64,000 nt of DNA from Isurus oxyrinchus (lineage: Eukaryota). A program made the translations under genes and the position numbers. The stretch is from positions 1,240,001 through 1,304,000 of the forward strand of contig JANJGN010000039.1 of NCBI GenBank assembly GCA_026770705.1, written 5' to 3'. Under the pieces are notes generated by a model. The model was not told the DNA's origin and did not search any database. It saw only the letters and a program-made list of their open reading frames with translations. The first letter of the stretch is position 1, and each line of letters begins with the position of its first letter. Shown one piece after another: positions 37,001 through 50,737 of this stretch.

Positions 37001-40000
37001 TACCCCAGTCTGATGAACTACAGAGCGATTTAGTTTCTGCCACTTTCCTAACTCTATTTCACTTCAAGAGCGTTGTTTGCTTCGTAATGTAAGCACAAAT
37101 TAACATTTATCTGTGGCATCATTTGTATGCAATGTAGATCCTAAAGTTCAAATTCATTTTAGGGACGTTGTGAATGCTCTGGCTAAAACAACACAGAGTG
37201 AGATCCACTGAACAGTGTTTTTGGTTATGACACAGTTCTGCAGACTCGGTAGCAACACAAACAGTAGAAAGACAGGCCAAGACACCCGGTGCAGGTTAAA
37301 AACGCTGAACGTGATTTACGTTCATAAAGCAACGTTACATCAAGCAGGCATCAGACTGGATTTCACGTTTTTCGGCATTGTGATATTGGGTAAATGCAAA
37401 ATGAGTGGCCTACTCCCTCTTGTCCCACTCATCCTCCCTTAGGCGGCCTCCACCTCGTCAATCCATCCAATTCCGGGGAAGAGGCAATGAAAGATGCAAA
37501 ATGGTGTCCGCATCCAATCGGCAGTGAACGCCTGGACCTCATGCAGCAGAGTGTAATGCTGCGAACAGAGAGTTGCTATGGCTACAAGCTCAAAACAACC
37601 TATACTCAGACATTTTTTTGAAAAATACTTTTCATTCAATGCTCAGGCAAGAAACGAAAAAGTGAGAAAAAAAGCATGACGATGATGCATCTTCTCCAGC
37701 ACAATCTGCTGCTACATTCGATCATGCTCCTGGAGGCAGGAGTTCCCTACCGCTCTTTGCCCGTCTCACAATAGCTGCACAAAAACACTTATTTTTCTCA
37801 TCCGAGCCACAGCAAATGCAATGCACCAAACAGGACAACATACGATTGGTTTACTGACAAGCTCAATAACCTGTTAATAAGTAACTTGAGAATGGTTGAC
37901 CCACCCATTCTCCATCTGCAATTGGGGAGAACTAAGTACACGACACCATTATACTCGATGCAGGTATCTGATATTTGTGCCGATTCAACGTTTTCGATGG
38001 GGGTGGGTGATGCTGGGGAGTGGGGGTGGTAAGCGGGGTGGGTGCGAGGGGTGATGCGGAGTGTGAGTGTATAGGTTTGAGCTGCAATTTGAGGAGAAAT
38101 GTCCAGCCCATCGTTTCGGCTACAGATTTAGGTATTCAGGAACGAATTGAAGATATACATCCTCAGTTGGGAACCAGACTACTGCGAAAGGATTTGAATT
38201 AAAACATGCATGTTGCAGTCTGTCTTAGTTTAGTGCTACAAAGTAAACATACAGGAACGTCCTTTCATATCAAATGACAAAAACATTCATAGATCCGGCA
38301 TTATGCAGCACTTTCTTTTTGGGAAATCATTGGTAGGATCAGCATTTTTCCGAGAGCAGATATTATTCTTCTTGCTGTCCATGTGATGCGGTTGCACACA
38401 CAGTGTTACGAGTGATGGATTTACAGGTGTTTGATCCAGTGGCATTCAGGGAACTCTGATGTGTCTCGGAGTCAGTATGGGGTGTGACTTGGAAACGATT
38501 TTGCAATAAGAGTGTTCCCATGCCACTTCTGCTCGTATCCTTCCAGGCTTTCGAAGTGAAGTGCTCGAAAGGATTACTTTTGCCGACACCTGTCATATAT
38601 CAGGAGTTGCTGCAATCATACCTAACAACGGGGCTTTGACCTGGTGAATTGTGAGACAGGACGACTTGCATGCAGAGCAGTGGATGCAGAATGTGATTGA
38701 CAGGGTTAATTGATCCAACCAGCAAATAACGTTAACTTAGCTCTGAAGTTCTGCTCATGCCATCTTGAATGATGTTGGACAGAGCAGCGAATCAAGGGTG
38801 GTGGACACCCCACCAACATCCACATCGACAATAATTGTGGGGCGCAGCACATCAGTGCATACACATGGCTCAAGAACTTGCTGCCATATTCAGACTGACA
38901 TGAAGGGAGGGTGAATCATCCCGTCCCCCTTCTGAGGATGAGAGCGTCACAGATGCCAATTTTGAGCTAATGTGATTCACTGCCCTTCATCTGAAGGAAT
39001 GACTGAAGGAACGGGATGATGCAGAGACTATGGGTCCTGTCAGATACCGGCAATCGTCCGGGTGATCAGTGCTCCCGAATAAATCTTCCTAGATAACCTG
39101 GTATAGGACAGCTAAAACACTGGCATCTAAGCGAAAATGTAAGCAGTCACACAGCTGGGTCTATCCACAAAAACAAAACTCGTCAAATCGGACCAATAAT
39201 TACCCCCTTATCCCCTATTCTTCATCATGAACATATTGATGGAATCGGTCACGGGCATTGCTTTCAAACGCCACGTACTAGCGAGCAACATGCTCACTTA
39301 CGACCATTTTCTGCTTCGTATGAGCTCCAACTCTCGGTTCGGCCTTAAACCAAACATGGTCAAAAGTGCTGAATTCACGAGGGGAGTGGAGAGCGGATGT
39401 TATTTACATCAAGACAACATTTGACATTCTGTGGTAAGAAGGAGATATATCAGGATTCAGGTCAATAAACATAATGGGGAAGCATCTCCATTGATTGCTG
39501 TCATACCTATCACAAAGAAGACTTTTTTTGTTTTGTTTCTCAGGTGAATCATCTCATCCCGATGAAAGCACTGCACGAGATCCTATGGGCAGTGTCCTGA
39601 GTCAAACCACCTTAATCTGCTTCATCAATTAACTTCTTTGCAACATATGCCCAGAGGAAGTCTTATGGTAGCAGAGTGAGTGGCAGGAGTGTCCGCTGAT
39701 GATTGTTTAAATTTCAAAACCATTCGCGACTCAACAGATGCTGAAGAAATCTTGCCCTTGTCCACCAAGACCTGGGCAATATCCAGGATTCTGCTGAAAA
39801 CTGATAAGTCATATTAGACACACAACCGACAGGAAATGACCACCTACGAAAAAAAAGTGTCCAACAATTTCTCACAGATATTTAATGGTATCACCATCGT
39901 TTAATTCTCCATTTTGAAGATCCACGGAAAAAACATTGACTAGAAACTGTGACTAGAAGCGCAAGTCAGGACTGGGAATTCCATGGCGAGGACATCCCCG

Positions 40001-40482
40001 CCTGACTCTGCAAAACCTTCACTCCATCTATAATGCACAATTCAGGAAACTACTGGAATAAACAACAGTTTTCTGGATGAGTTCTGCTTCAATAATATTC
40101 AACAATATTGAACTAATCCACGGCAAATCAGGCTGCTTGTTTGACAACTAATGCTTACCTTTAATGATTCAAGCTGTTTATCTCTAGCGAATAGCTATTC
40201 TTACTGGTTTTAAAGTTCATCTAAACCATCAGCCAACACCTGAGGAAAATAACTTCATCGAAAACGGGAATTTAGGCTTCTCCCAATTCCATTGTTGCTT
40301 TCCTAAATATCATTTGGCCACGCCTCTCCGTTCAGTGAGCACCATTTTTCAGAGCACTAAGAGCACGGGAAACTTATATTCAACCTCATGGCATTATGTA
40401 AAACACGGGCACTGAATATTCCCTTATGTTGACCACCTCCCGTTCCCCTCAGATGATGAATGAATGAGCATCCATGGACGAA

Positions 40483-40792
40483 TCATAGAATCACAGAATC
40501 ACAGTGCACAAGAGGCACTTCAGCCCTTCGAGTCTGCACTGGCATGTGCAAAACACCTGTCCTGACTACTTAATTACATTTACCAGAAATTGACACATAG
40601 CTTTGAAGGTATTGATGTGCCAAGTGCTCATCCAGTTACTTTTTAAAGGATGTGTGGCAATCTGTCTCTACCACCCTGCCAGGCAGCGCATTAGAGACAT
40701 TCAACAAACTCAGGGGAAAAAGGTTTTTCCTCCGATCCCTCCTAAATTACCTGCACCTCACGCTTAACCTATGCACTCTTGTGGGGCATAAA
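40483..40792 (-). mobile_element. CR1 3'-end insertion with 5-bp flanking direct repeat ACGAA
   Basis: ACGAA at 40478-40482 and 40793-40797, tail (ATTCTGTG)2ATTCTATG. Empty site in copy C at about 51035. Confidence 0.8.
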
Positions 40793-42997
40793 ACGAAGTT
40801 TTGGTGAGTGGCAAGAAACAAAAACTATTGTATGCAGGTGCTGTCATCGTCTATGACCAAGACAGGTTCGGTAGCACCACTAACGGCCGATCAGGCCGAG
40901 TCAGACATATAACCGCTGGATTGGGTCTTTGGAAGGTGATCAGGGAACCAACAAGGTGCAAAGACCGAAATGAACACGCCTCACCAAACGTCAAGCAACA
41001 TATGCACCTGCCCATTACAGGAATGATAGGATCGGCCACCGCATGCTCCTTGTGCAGACGTAGTCGGCCTTCACATTGGAAAGTTCCTCCATCGTATAAT
41101 GTGACACCACCTTTGTGCGATATGGGGTAGTTTTCAATCTGATCAGCAACATAAAAGTGGGCATTCATTAGGCAATTTGTGCCATATGCTAGACCAGGGA
41201 TGTGCACAACCATAATTTGCAATTCCAAACCCAATCTATCTCCAACTCCTCAATTTTCATGTGGCATTATTATGGTGATGGTTGTGGTGCAGGACAGGCA
41301 TTCCAAATTCTCCTTTTGGCGTGAGATTTTGCGCTGTTGTTATAGCTGTGCTACAATGATTGTTAACCAGATAAGTCCTTGAATTACTGGGAGTTAGCTG
41401 GGATATTCCAATGTGGTGACATTGACGAGACTGAACCTATGCTTTCGGAGCTTTGCCAAATGAGAAATGATCTCACTGAATCATAGACCGTTCTTACAGG
41501 GTTCGATGTTATAGATGTTGGAGGGATGTGCCCCTGGCTGATGTGTCTAATATCATGAGAATCAGTATCAGAATAACAGGTGTGCATTTAGGGCCGATAT
41601 GAGGGGGAATTTCTTCACTCAGAGAGCAGTGAATGTTTGAAATTATCTCTCCCAACAGCGGCAGAGGCTCAGTCATTGGGAATGTTGAAGGCAGAGCGAT
41701 GAACCATTTTCTAAATGTTAAATGCGTCCAGAGATATGCGATAGTGCAAGGAAATGAATTGAATGCATGTTTACAGCCATGATATAATTGAGTAGTTGAA
41801 CAAGCTCAAGTGGCCAAATTGTTAACTTGTGCTCCCACTGCCTCTGCCTCTATGCTCTTTTGTCAGAACCTGCATGTCACTTAGCAATGCGAGATTCAAA
41901 AAGAGACAGGGGAGTCCGAAAATGCTTTAATCCAACTAATTTCAATCCTCAATACAAATCAATTGTACTTGCAAGTTTGATTTACATCAGCAGGTAGTGG
42001 AGGGCGAGAAATTGAATGGAGCAGAATATGCAGAACCAAATAACTACTTGCGGTGTGTAGGTGTTTCAAAATCGGGCCACTTATGGCTCAGTCAGTTGAA
42101 ATCTCCGTGCTGAGATAGATGTTTAACGATTTGCTTCCGGCGCCAGGACTTCAGAACAAAGTTCTCGGCTAATGTTCCAATGTCTTAGTAAATTAATTCT
42201 GCACTTCCACAAGCAGAACCTTTAAGAAAAGATGTCAAATTGATTCACGAGGAAAACGTAAAAAGATTCAATTCCACTTTTTCCAGGAGCAACATTGTTG
42301 TAGTCCCCTGTGTCCTGAACGAAATTTATACCTCAGCTAAAATCCACAAAATAATACAATCCGGTCATTGTTAACATTATGTCTATGGAAGCTTAAAGAG
42401 CACAAATCACGCTTACTTTAAGTAATTCCATCAACGTGGTCGTGAACAAAGGCTGTTGAAAATCATTTGTATCAATATACAAGTGAGTAAGACTTCGGAA
42501 TGTCCTAATCACACACAGCAATGTGATTCAGCCAAGTTTCCAGATTTCGTAACTTCACACTGATTTGTAAAAATATCGCTGTTAAAAAGTACGTGATTTG
42601 ACAGGGATTCTGTTGCTTGCGATATTGGAAAACAGGGGAAAACCGTGAGCAAACACTTTCAAATAGTTCAAGCTGAATTCTGCAGAATGCGATTTTGCCC
42701 TTGCATTGATTTTCATAGACACGTCCTATCTCCAATTTTAAAGACGGTCTGCACTTGGTCATGACAATTATTGCAGAGCGCACACAAATTCAAGAAATTC
42801 CCCAAAGAATAAATACGGTGTCAACACTCTAGAACGATGCATGAAAGATGAAGCAATAGTAAGACATCAGTTAACGTGACACCTAAACATTGATAACTCT
42901 CCAACAGAAAAGGAACGGTTTCACGTTACCAGCAACACCATTTGAGAAGAAAGTCAATATTCATTTATACGTCCACTGATTGTGTTTAGGCTCTTAC

Positions 42998-43067
42998 CAG
43001 GTACACCAACAGCTGCGAGAATCGGGTAGTAAATGGCTTCTATCTTGAGAAGTATCAGTTCTGCCAT
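42998..43067 (-). CDS. GPCR gene B, coding exon 1 (MAELILLKIEAIYYPILAAVGVP)
   Basis: ATG at 43067-43065, 70 nt, ends CCT G|gtaagag. The join with exon 2 is 975 nt = 324 aa + stop. Confidence 0.9.
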
Positions 43068-43737
43068 TTTTATGAGAAGCTGTCTTTCCTCCTGAGATGG
43101 GTAAAGAAGGATGGAATGAAACGATGTGAGCTGAAACTTACAAACATACCCTTCTCCTTTGAATTAATATCAGAAACTTAAAATAAACAATGCAAAATCA
43201 CTGTCGAGACTCGGAAGGAGATACCACATTAATTAACCCCAGAATATAAGGGGAAAACTCTCACCAAAGCATTCGTAACAGGGAAGAGAGAAAACCTGCT
43301 ACATTTTACAGACATGAAGCCCTGTACATAAACATCCAAACCCACGTCCGCTTCCACCTAGAAAGACAAAGGTAACATAGACATGAGAAAGCCACCACCA
43401 GTAGCTCCTCTCCAAACCCCTCACCGTCCGGATTTGGAAATATATCGCCGTTCCTTCACTGCCTCTGTGTCAAAGCACTGGACCTCCCCCTTATAACACA
43501 GACTACAGCAGCTCAAAAACGCATCTCACTACCATCTTTTCAAGGACAAATAGGGATGGACAATAAATGCTGGCCTCGCCAGCTTCGCCCACATTCAATG
43601 AATGGATAGAATAAGAGAAATTCCTATTGTTAGCCTGAGTTTGTGAAAATAAACGTACATTAGACAACGAGAACTTCGACAATTGGTTTGTAAATGTCCC
43701 GTATCTGACAAATTGCAACAAAGGCTATTCGCTGTGA

Positions 43738-43905
43738 GAAGCGCTAATTGAAGCAGAATCACTGAGTCTTTCGGAGAACATGAAATGATCCGTTCAGAGA
43801 AACTCTTATTTATACAACAGTTAAATCCCCATTAGCTCATTCATGTTCCCTGAAGAAATAAATCAATTTCAGTCATTGAACAAACAGGTTACGTCAGTCT
43901 CTCTC
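43738..43905 (-). promoter_or_regulatory. Candidate core promoter of GPCR gene B (TATAAATA at 43814-43807)
   Basis: Nearly identical to 13860-14030, with the TATA element conserved. Confidence 0.5.
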
Positions 43906-45019
43906 CTTGTGAAAGCAACCACTTCAAAGTGAAACGTCCAATATTGGACTGATGTCTGTGGTCAAACCAGTGGAAGGGGCTGCATGTTTTGATCAATGGG
44001 TAAATATTATCGGAGGTGGTCAGGGCAGGAAAAGATTAAACCACAAGTCGCTGTTGCGGGGAAAATCATCACTAATTTACATCAAAATGAAGCTTAGCAA
44101 CTCAATGTTCCTGATCCTCCAGACCTAATGGGGAAATTTCAGATGTTCCCCATTGTTTTGAGTTTCTGGTCTCATTCTATGTTCCAACAAGGCACTGTGT
44201 GATCCTTGTCATTGACTTTCAAGCTCCCAGATGGAAGACATACGCTGCACTGATCGTTCCATGAATTACGCTGGCAGTGACAACTCCATCGGTTACTAGG
44301 CCTACAAACCATGGCGTTGCATTGAAATTTGCGCCCTTCCACCTGGAAGTTATTAATACACGCGGAGGACGTGGAGGGTTTGTCTTGGTTAATTACGTGA
44401 TGTGTAACACAAGCTGTATGGAGAAGGAGTTTCTTTTCTCAACCAGAATACTTCAAAATAAAGTGTTCAAGATGATTCCGATCCCATAAACGCTCAATAT
44501 CCATTCCTGCAGCAGCCAATCATCCTACAGCACCCACTCACATACTCCATTCAGAGAGATGTTTGGGCTGATTGAAAAACGATTTTTTCTATAAAATTGT
44601 ATGATAACTAGAGTACAATGCTGGGAGAATATTCCACGTTGAACATTGAACCCTTGGCCCTCAAATGTCTTCTGCCGACTGTCATTGTCCTATTGAGTCA
44701 CTCATTATAATGAACCCGAATTGTCGTCGCCTCCAGCTGTTGGTTTGGGCTGTATTTCATACATGGCCAACATCACAAGAATTAAGGGCAGGAGTAGGGC
44801 ATTCGCCCTCTTGAGTCTGTGCTGCAGCTCTGAAAGAAAATGCTTTTACCTGATCGTGGCCTCAGCTCCATTTTCCTGCCTGCACTCCTCCAACCAGTGT
44901 CACACACCCTACCCCTCCATTGCACCCTGAAAACACACACATACATCCTCATGACCCCAATATCCATTATTCGTCAATAAGCTATCCAAATCACTCTTGA
45001 ATATGAGGCCTCCCTGAAA

Positions 45020-46395
45020 AGTTGAAAAAGAGGATCTGTGTCATTTGTGCTTTTGATGATGACCTGATAAACAGAGTGATGCAAAGTGGTTCGTCAGTGT
45101 GGACCCCTTTCAAGTGACCTGCGGCGCTAAGTAAGACACTATTCATGGCTTCAGCTCTGTTTGTCATATACTTGGAAGCCATTCTCCACTATGCACTCAA
45201 GGAGCTTGACATAGGTTTGCATTTTCATTTCAGGACAACCGCCAACGTTTGCAAAGAGCCAAGAGCAAAACCTTGTTCATAGGTGACTGAACAGCGACTG
45301 AGTGAAGTCTTATTCGTGGACCACTGTGCTTTCATAGGGCAGAATACGGAGACATCCAGCTGCGTGCTGACTCAGAACACTTTCGATTAACAGTATATCT
45401 GCAGATAGAGAAGCTGTATCAAATCACCGCTGGTCACTTGATCCAAGAAGCCACAGCTGCTCTGAACAAAACACCCCTCTGTTCTGTGAGGAAGTTTGCT
45501 AACTCGGCAGCATGCTCTCCAGGAGAACTAACAATGAGCAAATAAAAAATCACCTGACATAAATGAGTTCGGCATTGGGCAGGCTGCACTCACTGACTTC
45601 TGGAAGAAAAACATGGAGCTTCCCTCAGATGGAAGATCAAAGTCTATCAAACGGTATTTTTTTTATTGTGTTTTTTTATTTGCAACGCCATTGGACTCAT
45701 GTGGAGAATGCCAACATTCCACAGGCCTCAATAGGTTAACACGGGAAGCTGCACGACAGGTTGTCTCAAATCTAAAAGCCAAACCCAGAGATTGGAAGCT
45801 GCGTCACAGTGAATGGGGTCATAATGCTCCCTTGCTAACAGCCCTGTGGCTCACCTGCACCATATGAACCCTCCGCCCGGCACACTGGAATCCTGATGCT
45901 AAACTACACGGTGCACAGGCCTCCTTCAGGCGACAGACACTGTGCGGATGGAGGATTGTCGACAGGTGCAAGGCTGTGATATCTGGATACCTTTGATACC
46001 AGCTAAAATTCTGCATAAACGCGGCAGATGTATGGCGGTCGCCGGACACATGTTTCAGGAAAGGCGTACCTACCGGCAGCTGCATCTGCCACTGAGCATT
46101 CCTTGACCAAAGGGCGAACAAATATAAAGTTATCAGTGCACGCTCAATGTCGCCGTAAAGCACGGAGGCATTAACACCAGTGAGCAGGTTGAGAATGCTG
46201 CCGATCTCTCGGCCTGGCACCATCTGGTCCAGCAAGGCTAAAACCAGTTTGCAGCTCAGCGACTCGACAGAGAATTGGAAGGGCAGAGGCACAGGAAGCA
46301 GAAGAAACCCAAAATGGGCCAAAAGCGAGCCCTACGGCGGATGGACATATAGGTCCAGAATTGAGCTTCTCAGTCATCTGAATTCTCCATGAGCC
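45020..46395 (+). mobile_element. Decayed RTE-clade LINE including 3' end
   Basis: Paralog of 15170-16230, continuing to ENAADLSAWHHLVQQG and YRSRIELLSHL (cf. WE..A.DR..WR and SRIGL.SH of RTE C-termini). Confidence 0.65.
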
Positions 46396-46789
46396 TGAAG
46401 GAGCTGGATTACAAGGAACGGCCACTGACAACCTTCTCAAAGGCAACTTGGGAAGAGCAGTATCTTCTGGCCCATTTATACACAACCCCACCTCATGAAA
46501 ATATGTATTTTAAAATATAATTGTGAACATAAAAAAAAAACCTTTGGCAACCCCAAATTGAAAATTCATTCAGTGATTTCTACATTTGTGGAGAACAGGT
46601 TCAAGTGTGTTAAAGACAAGGAAAGGCGGGAAAAGTTAATTTATCCCGCCTGAACGGACATTGTAAACAAAACATGGTAATCGATTGTCCAATTTAGACT
46701 TGGTATAACTTCACAAATGATATCACCTTGATTTTTTTTTTGAGTGCACACCTGTCGAAGCGCCGGGGGAATCAATCATCAAGATAGTT

Positions 46790-46995
46790 CAATAGACAAA
46801 CTGATAGCCAGATAGACAGAGAGATAAGTGGACAGAGATTGACATGTGGAAAGAGTGATAGGAAGAGAGAGATAACATGCGAGAGAGAGAGAACAAGGCA
46901 GTGTGTGCTAGAAAGAGAGTGAGCGTGTGAAAGAGCAAGATAGATACATACATTGATAGATAAATAGATAGATAAAAAGCAATATTATTAGATAA
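46790..46995. repeat. GA/GATA-rich degenerate microsatellite
   Basis: gatagacagagagataag...gagagagagaga...gatagataaatagatagata. Confidence 0.8.
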
Positions 46996-49521
46996 GAATA
47001 TACTTCTGTAGCTATGAACATGATGGGGTGTAAGACATTTGCTTCATGCAACAAATAGCCACTGAAGGATAGTAGGTAATTTCAACTGTGAGGCAGAAAG
47101 AGTTTTTTGTGATAATTTGAAAAAAAGAACAGTAACGAAATGAATTTCCACATGCGAGTATTGTGCTCGCATAGAACTGGAAATCTCTCCTGACAAATCC
47201 TCTTTAATATGGGATCAGAGATAACGGCCTAGAATTCGGTCCCTGACATTCGCTCCAGGTAGCAAATGATACATTTGAGATGCAATAGTTTCCTCGCGAC
47301 AGGAACAAAAACGTCACCAAGTTACCTGGAAGAGATAATAAAGAGGAAGAAACAGAAGTGTTTCACCAGACGTGGAGCCAAGGGAACAGTTTGCCTTGAA
47401 ATGTCCTAAAACCCTCCGTTCTTTGCGACATTTAACATATAAACTGATAATTGGCCTGGGCAACACATTCAGTCACAAAAATGTATCTAAATCCCATTAT
47501 CAAAAACTGCTCGGACAATCACAAACATAAAGTGAACAATGTTTGCGCACAATCCACAGAAAGTTCTAAGTGAGGGAGCTGTGTTCAATAAACGCATTCA
47601 AGTGAAAGTGAATATATGGATGAAAATGAGACTTAGCTCCACACTCAGTATTTGTTTGTAACAAGGCAGTCGGAGGTGCAGGTCGTTTGTTCCTATGCGT
47701 CACAAGGATCAACAGTGGGCCTTAGAAAACGGGAACAGCCTGAGAGCCACGGCTGGGAGCTTCAGTTTCTGGAAGGAGTTCGATGTGCAAGCTGGAGGTC
47801 GAGCCTGTGAGAGATCGAAACTGGGGGAAGGCAATGAACACTGCTTTCAAGACCTTGAGGCAGATGCACTGTTGGAACAGGAGGACATGGTTTAGGGACG
47901 AGGGGAAACTGAAGTAATGGTGGATTGAAAGAGCAAGTGATTTCCTCTTTCAAAAGGAGATTAAGCTGCACAGGGTAATGGAAACATATAAATACGAATT
48001 TAGAGTAGAAGTAGAGAAACCGGCTCCTCGAGCCAGCCCCGCCATTCAATAACATTATGGTTCATATGATTGTGGACGCAATTCCACATTCCCTCCACCT
48101 CCAATAACATTTGATACCCTTGGGACGCAAGAGAATATCTGTCTCTGCCTGAATAGATATCCAATCAGCCTCCCTACACAGCACTTGCGGGATGGGAGTT
48201 CCAAAGCCATTGAACACTATGACTGAAAAAAATCGCTTCCATCTCCCTTTCAGCGGGAGACCCACAACTTGAAAACTGTTCTCCCTTTGCTCCAAACTCC
48301 ACGACAAGGGAAACTTTCTCTTTGCATCAAATATGGACGATGCCTCAGGAGATCTAACCTATTTCAAAGCACCTCTCATTTTCCAGACTCCAATCAACAA
48401 ATGTTGACAAAGTTTCTGAGTAAGTTAACACCCAAACCACCAAAACCCTCCACCAACCCAGCATCACAAGTATCTGCAGACTGAATGTTATATCAACTGA
48501 TTCTAATTAGTTGATAACCTTTCTTAAATTTGGAGACCAAAACTGGGCACAGTACCTTAGATGTGATATCGGCAACGTTCTACACAATTGCAGTAAGACA
48601 TCACTACTGCAATAATCAATTTCCTTTGCAATTATCAAAGTACAGAATTCTATTTGCCTTGCTGTACCTGCATATTAACAGAAATCTATGAATTGCAATA
48701 ACACAACTGATGTGACTTTGAACTGTGAGCCTGTGTGGCTCTTGTCCAAAATGAGAGAGAAAAACTTCTGAATAAGTAGTTTCCTATAAATATATACATA
48801 GTATTTTGACAACATATGGATTAATGAAGTTGACTGAAAAACACATTGTCCTTCATTGAATTTTGCAGGAACATATTGCTAAGCCATTGAGCTAATAGTG
48901 AGACACCATCATTGAATATTGTTTCTATTTAATCCGTTCTAAAAAATAATGGCAATTGAGCATCCATTACAGCAGGTTTCGAATTCGAAAGTGATAAACA
49001 CATATCGGGAATGATGAAACTCATCTGACCTGGAAGATCCGCACCATGTCTTCAAATCTCAATATTTCACGGTGTCTTCTTTTTCACTGGTGATGGTGCC
49101 GTCCCTGGAAATTTCGGAAGTGAGAGGCAGAATTTCATTTGTAGTTGATAGAACGGCGAGACATGTATTCTACAAACACGTTGAATTTATTTAATACGTT
49201 CACAGATGGATGTGTTTTCGACTATTTAGTGAATTTAGGAATATGGTCACAGTACAGGAAGATCGATTTGAGATAGAAGATCACTTGATTGGCGGAGGAG
49301 ACTCGAAAGGCCAATGCCTTTCTCCAGCTCATGTTTCATATGTTCTCCCAATGTACATGCCATACTGGTTCTTATCCGTCGTGAAGATTGCTCGTTTGGA
49401 ATGTTCTATCAAGCTTTTAGCCACCAGTGTATTGCATCCCGTTGATCGTAGAGACGAGCAGCTATGTGCCCCGATTTTGCAGACGGTCGTTTTTATTGCT
49501 GGTGGTTTGGGTGCCAGATGA

Positions 49522-50737
49522 ATCTCCTCTGGGGATCTCCCTCCCACAGCTTCCAACCTGATAGTCGCCCAACCTCAGACGGCCCGCTTCTATCTCCTAC
49601 CCAAAATCCACAAACAGAACTGCCCAGGTAGACCGATCGTCTCAGCTTGCTCCTGCCCCACAGAACTCATTTCTCGTTATCTTGACTCCCTTCTCTCTCA
49701 CCTTGTCCAGTCCCTTCCCACCTACATCCGTGATTCCTCTGACACCGTACGTCACATCAACAATTTCCAATTCCCTGGCCCCAACCGCTTCCTCTTCACC
49801 ATGGACGTCCAATCCCTCTACACCTCCATCCCCCACCAGGATGGTCTGAGGGCTCTTAGCTTCTTCCTCGAACAGAGGCCCGAACAATCCCCATCCACCA
49901 CTACTCTCCTCCGTCTGGATGAACTTGTTCTCACGTTGAACAATTTCTCCTTCAACTCCTCTCACTTTCTCCAAATAAAAGGTGTGGCTATGGGTACCCG
50001 CATGGGCCCCGGCTATGCCTGTCTCTTTATGGGGTATGTGGAACATTCCTTGTTCCAGTCCTACTCCGGCACCCTTCCACAACTCTTTTTCCGGTACATC
50101 GATGATTACTTCGGTGCCGCTTCATGCTCTCGTCGGGACTTGGAAAAATTTATTAATTTTGCTTCCAATCTCCACCCCTCCATCATTTGCACGTCGTCCA
50201 TCTCTTTCACTTCCCTTCCCTTCCTTGAGCTCTCTGTCTCAATCTCTGGTGATAGACTGTCCATCAATATCCATTACAAACCCACCGACTCCCACAGCTA
50301 TCTCGACTACAGCTCCTCACACCCAGCTTCCTGTAAGGACTCCATCCCATTCTCTCAGTTCCTTCGCCTCCGTGGCATCTGTTCCGATGATGCTACCTTC
50401 AAAAACAGTTCCTCTGACATGTCCTCCTTCTTCCTTAACCGAGGTTTTCCACCCATGGTCGTTGACAGGGCCCTCAACCATGTCCAGCCCATCTCCCGCA
50501 CATCTGCCCTCACGCCTTCTCCTCCCTCCCAGAAACATGATAGGGTCCCACTTGTCCTCACTTATCACCCCACCAGCCTCTGTATTCAAAGGATCATCCT
50601 CCGCCATTTCCGCCAACTCCAGCATGATGATACCGCCAAACACATCTTCCCTTCACCCCCTCTTTCGGCATTCCATAGGGATCGCTCCCTCCAGGACACC
50701 CTGTTCCACTCCTCCATCAGCCCCTACTCCTCAACTC
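49522..50737 (+). mobile_element. Penelope-like element reverse-transcriptase fragment, truncated at both ends
   Basis: Open frame from 49522: ARFYLLPKIHK..PGRPIVS, TMDVQSLYTSIPH, QIKGVAMGTRMGPGYA, FFRYIDDYF, LPFLE, YKPTDSHSYLDYSSSHP. Lacks the GIY-YIG domain and tail. Confidence 0.93.

Larger units (their letters stand above)
29220..48612 (+). repeat. Segmental duplication unit, copy B
   Basis: 31290-48612 is colinear with 1060-16888. 29220-41100 is similar, in inverted orientation and with gaps, to 50738-57880. Confidence 0.9.

Noticed and set aside
45819-46491. 167-aa and 106-aa minus-strand ORFs
   Set aside because: Antisense to a decayed RTE LINE 3' end; no recognisable domain.
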